Shown one piece after another: positions 61,441 through 64,000 of a DNA stretch of 64,000 nucleotides. Numbering within the stretch: position 1 is the stretch's first letter; the number at the start of each line of letters is the position of its first letter. A program made the position numbers and the translations under genes. The stretch spans positions 14,404,881 to 14,468,880 of the forward strand of contig NC_092399.1 in NCBI RefSeq assembly GCF_030028105.1. The letters run 5' to 3'. The notes under the pieces are model-generated. The model was not told the origin of the DNA, did not search any database, and saw only the letters and a list, made by a program, of their open reading frames with translations. This DNA is from Mobula birostris (lineage: Eukaryota).

Positions 61441-61540
61441 ATGGCAAATATGGAAGCTCTTGTACAAAGGCTGGAGAAAGCTGTGCTGCGGTTGGAGACA
61501 ATAGGGTCATCTGCTGGAAGTGAAGTTGGTTTTTCTGATG
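61441..61540 (+). CDS. CAP1: Adenylyl cyclase-associated protein, first coding exon (gene continues beyond the window)
   Basis: MANMEALVQRLEKAVLRLETIGSSAGSEVGFSD has the CAP/Srv2 N-terminal RLE..V.RLE motif; acceptor ends 61431, donor gtaatg at 61541. CAP1 rather than CAP2 is inferred from GFSD~GYAD, the CpG-island promoter and TEKT2 linkage. Confidence 0.82.
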
Positions 61541-61689
61541 GTAATGGAAAAACCAGTTGTTTGAACATTATAAAGGATTAAGTTCTTGCCTGCACTTTAT
61601 TCTGCCCCATTGAATGATCTGTGTTAATATCTAAATCCACTTTATGGATGCTTTGAGATTGTTGGATTATCTGACTATCGCCGGATCAC

Positions 61690-63050
61690 TCATAGCTGAT
61701 CCATTTCCCTTTCAACCCCATTCTCCCGCCTTCTCTCCGTAACCTTACACACCCTGACTAATCAAGAACCTTAAATGCACCTAATGACTTGGCCTCCATG
61801 GTCGCCTGAAGCAACAAGTTCCCCAGATTCACCACCGTCTGGCTGAAAAAATTCCTCCTCATCTCCATTTTAAATGGATGCCCCTCTATTCTGAGGCTGT
61901 GCCATCTGGTTTTAGATTCCCCCACCATAGAAAACATCTCCACATTCCCTCTATCTCGGCCTTTCAACATTGGATAGATTTCAATGAGACTCCCTCTCAT
62001 TCTTCTAAATTTGAGCAGGTAAAGGCTCAGAGCCATCAATTGCTCTCTTCATGCGATCAGCCTTTCATTCTCGTGAATCTGCTCTGAACCCACTCCTATG
62101 TCAGTGTGTTCCTTCTTAAATAAGGGGCCCAAAACTGCTCTCAGTACTCCCAACTGAGGCCTCACAGTGTCTGATAAAGCCTTAGCATTACATCCTGCTT
62201 TTATATTCTAGTCCCTTCAAAGGGAATGCTAACATTGCACTTGCCTTCTCACCACCAAATCAACCTGAAAATTAACCTTTATGGAATACTGCACGAGAAC
62301 TCCCAAGACCCTTTGCGCCTCAGTTTTTTGTATTTTCTGCCCATTTAGAAAATAGTCTACACTTCTGCCGAAGTACATGACCATACATATACTTACCGAT
62401 ACTGTTTCCCATTTGACCTATCTGTCTTCTTTGACCTATCTGTCTTAGGCCTGGTGCAGCCTCCATACTTCCTCAACACTACCTGCTCCATCTATCTTCA
62501 TATCATCTGAAAACTTAGCCACAAAGCCATCAATTCCGTCACCAAGTCATTGACATTCAACGTGAAAAGAAGCTGTCCCAGCACTGACCCCTGCAGGACA
62601 CCACAGGTCACCAGCAGCCAATAAGAAAAGGCTCCCTTCAGTGTCGCACTTTGCCTCCTACCAATCAGCTAATGCTCTATCCATGCTAGTATCTTTCCTG
62701 TAATACCATGGGCTCTTACCGTGCTAAGCAGTCTCATGTGTGGCACCTTGTCAAAAGCTTTCTGAAAATCCAAATACACAACATCCACCAATTCTCCTTT
62801 GTCTATCCTGCTTGTTATTTCCACAAAGAATTCGAACAGATTTGTTAGGCAAGATTTTTCCTTAAGAAAGCCACGATAACTTTGGCCGATTTTACCATTT
62901 ACCTCCAAGTACCATGGAACCACATCCTTAATAATCGACTCCAACATCTTCCCAACTACTGAGGTCAAACTATCTGGCTTATAGTTTCCTTCCTTCTGCC
63001 TGTCTCCCTTTTCGAAGAGTGGAGTGACATTTGCAATTTTCCAGTGCTCA
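61690..63050 (-). mobile_element. 5'-truncated CR1 LINE
   Basis: WKIANVTPLFEKGDRQKEGNYKPDSLTSVVGKMLE...VVYLDFQKAFDKVPH; C-terminal ORF at 61758-62039. Confidence 0.9.
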
Positions 63051-63974
63051 AGTTTAAAGATAGCAAAATAAGAAATCACCACAACAAAAGTGATAACATG
63101 CGGCTGGACAGTATTTCCATCATTAGAAGTACTGCGAGTAGATGGGAAAATCCTGAGTAAATGTATCATTACTTTCATGTTTTCTGAGCTATCAGTGCAG
63201 CACTTTTGGTTTGTAAAGTATCTGCTTTAACAGTCCACATCCTTTGTACTAGGTTTTCTCTAAATCGATTCCTCTGTGAATTCAAATCTAATATGCATGA
63301 AGAAACGTAACCCGGTTCAAAATCATACAATGATAGAACATGATGACTGAAAAGCTTTCTCCTTTGGGAGCCACATGATTCTTTATACGAAAGAATCCTT
63401 GTAGATTAATGAGCAGTTGTTTAATCTAACTTGAAATTTGTACCGTATGCATTTGTTTTATTTATTTTACACCGAAAGAATTAAGCCTGGGTTTATTTGT
63501 TAGTGGAAACAAGCAATTCAAAAATCCCGGGGCTGTTTCAAGCACAGAGGGTTTATTATATCAGCATATATTTTATATATCACTTTTCAAAAGAGTCACT
63601 AAAGTATCTTAGGCAACCAACTCTATGGGACAAAAGAGAGAAATACCTTTTCCTATAATATCAATAGCTGATTACATACACCATAGTCATACCCAAACAC
63701 ATGTTTAACAAATGAATACAAGAGAATGGTTCCACCACTTCATTGGCAGCTGATGGATAACTCTTCAATCTCTCCCTAATGGGAACCAGACACTCTGTTC
63801 TGTCCATGAACAAGAATAAAAACTGTATTCCATGATTTTGTGTATCCAGCTCCAACTGCTTCAATGCTAATAAGGGAAGCTGAGCTAGAGTTCATGATTT
63901 TTTTTCCCTGAGAAGAAACAGAATATGGTTAAGACCCACAATACTTATTCTGTTCTCCATTTTGTAACATAATA

Positions 63975-64000
63975 TTTGATTATCCTTTATTTTGTAGCGT
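63975..64000 (+). other. CAP1: Probable splice acceptor for the next CAP exon (exon would start at 63998)
   Basis: ttgattatcctttattttgtag|cgt; the phase-1 join would give G|CG (Ala). Only 3 exonic nt are visible. Confidence 0.4.

Overview
Vertebrate genomic DNA. The repeat landscape (CR1 and Rex1/Babar LINEs, Penelope-like elements, tRNA-derived SINEs) looks like a cartilaginous fish, probably a ray; this is inference. There are three + strand genes. (1) A complete tektin-2 (TEKT2): 9 coding exons at 8039-26382, 430 aa, with an RFX-box promoter near 5.3 kb. (2) A complete but strongly diverged RBM24/RBM38-family RRM gene: 4 coding exons at 34819-46542, 195 aa. (3) The 5' part of an adenylyl cyclase-associated protein gene, most likely CAP1: CpG-island promoter near 52.3 kb, first coding exon 61441-61540. 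The first ~950 bp look like the end of an upstream gene's 3' UTR. The main points of interest are: the RBM24-like gene directly upstream of a CAP gene mirrors the mammalian RBM24-CAP2 pair, suggesting a third RBM24/38 ohnolog; minimal hammerhead ribozyme motifs carried by Penelope-like elements, including one intact copy and one head-to-head inverted pair; two AG|GT recursive-splice-like sites in CAP intron 1; and an exact c-fos-type CArG box beside ETS sites in the CAP promoter. Exon coordinates were read by hand. Repeat boundaries are approximate and family names come from recognition, not database searches.
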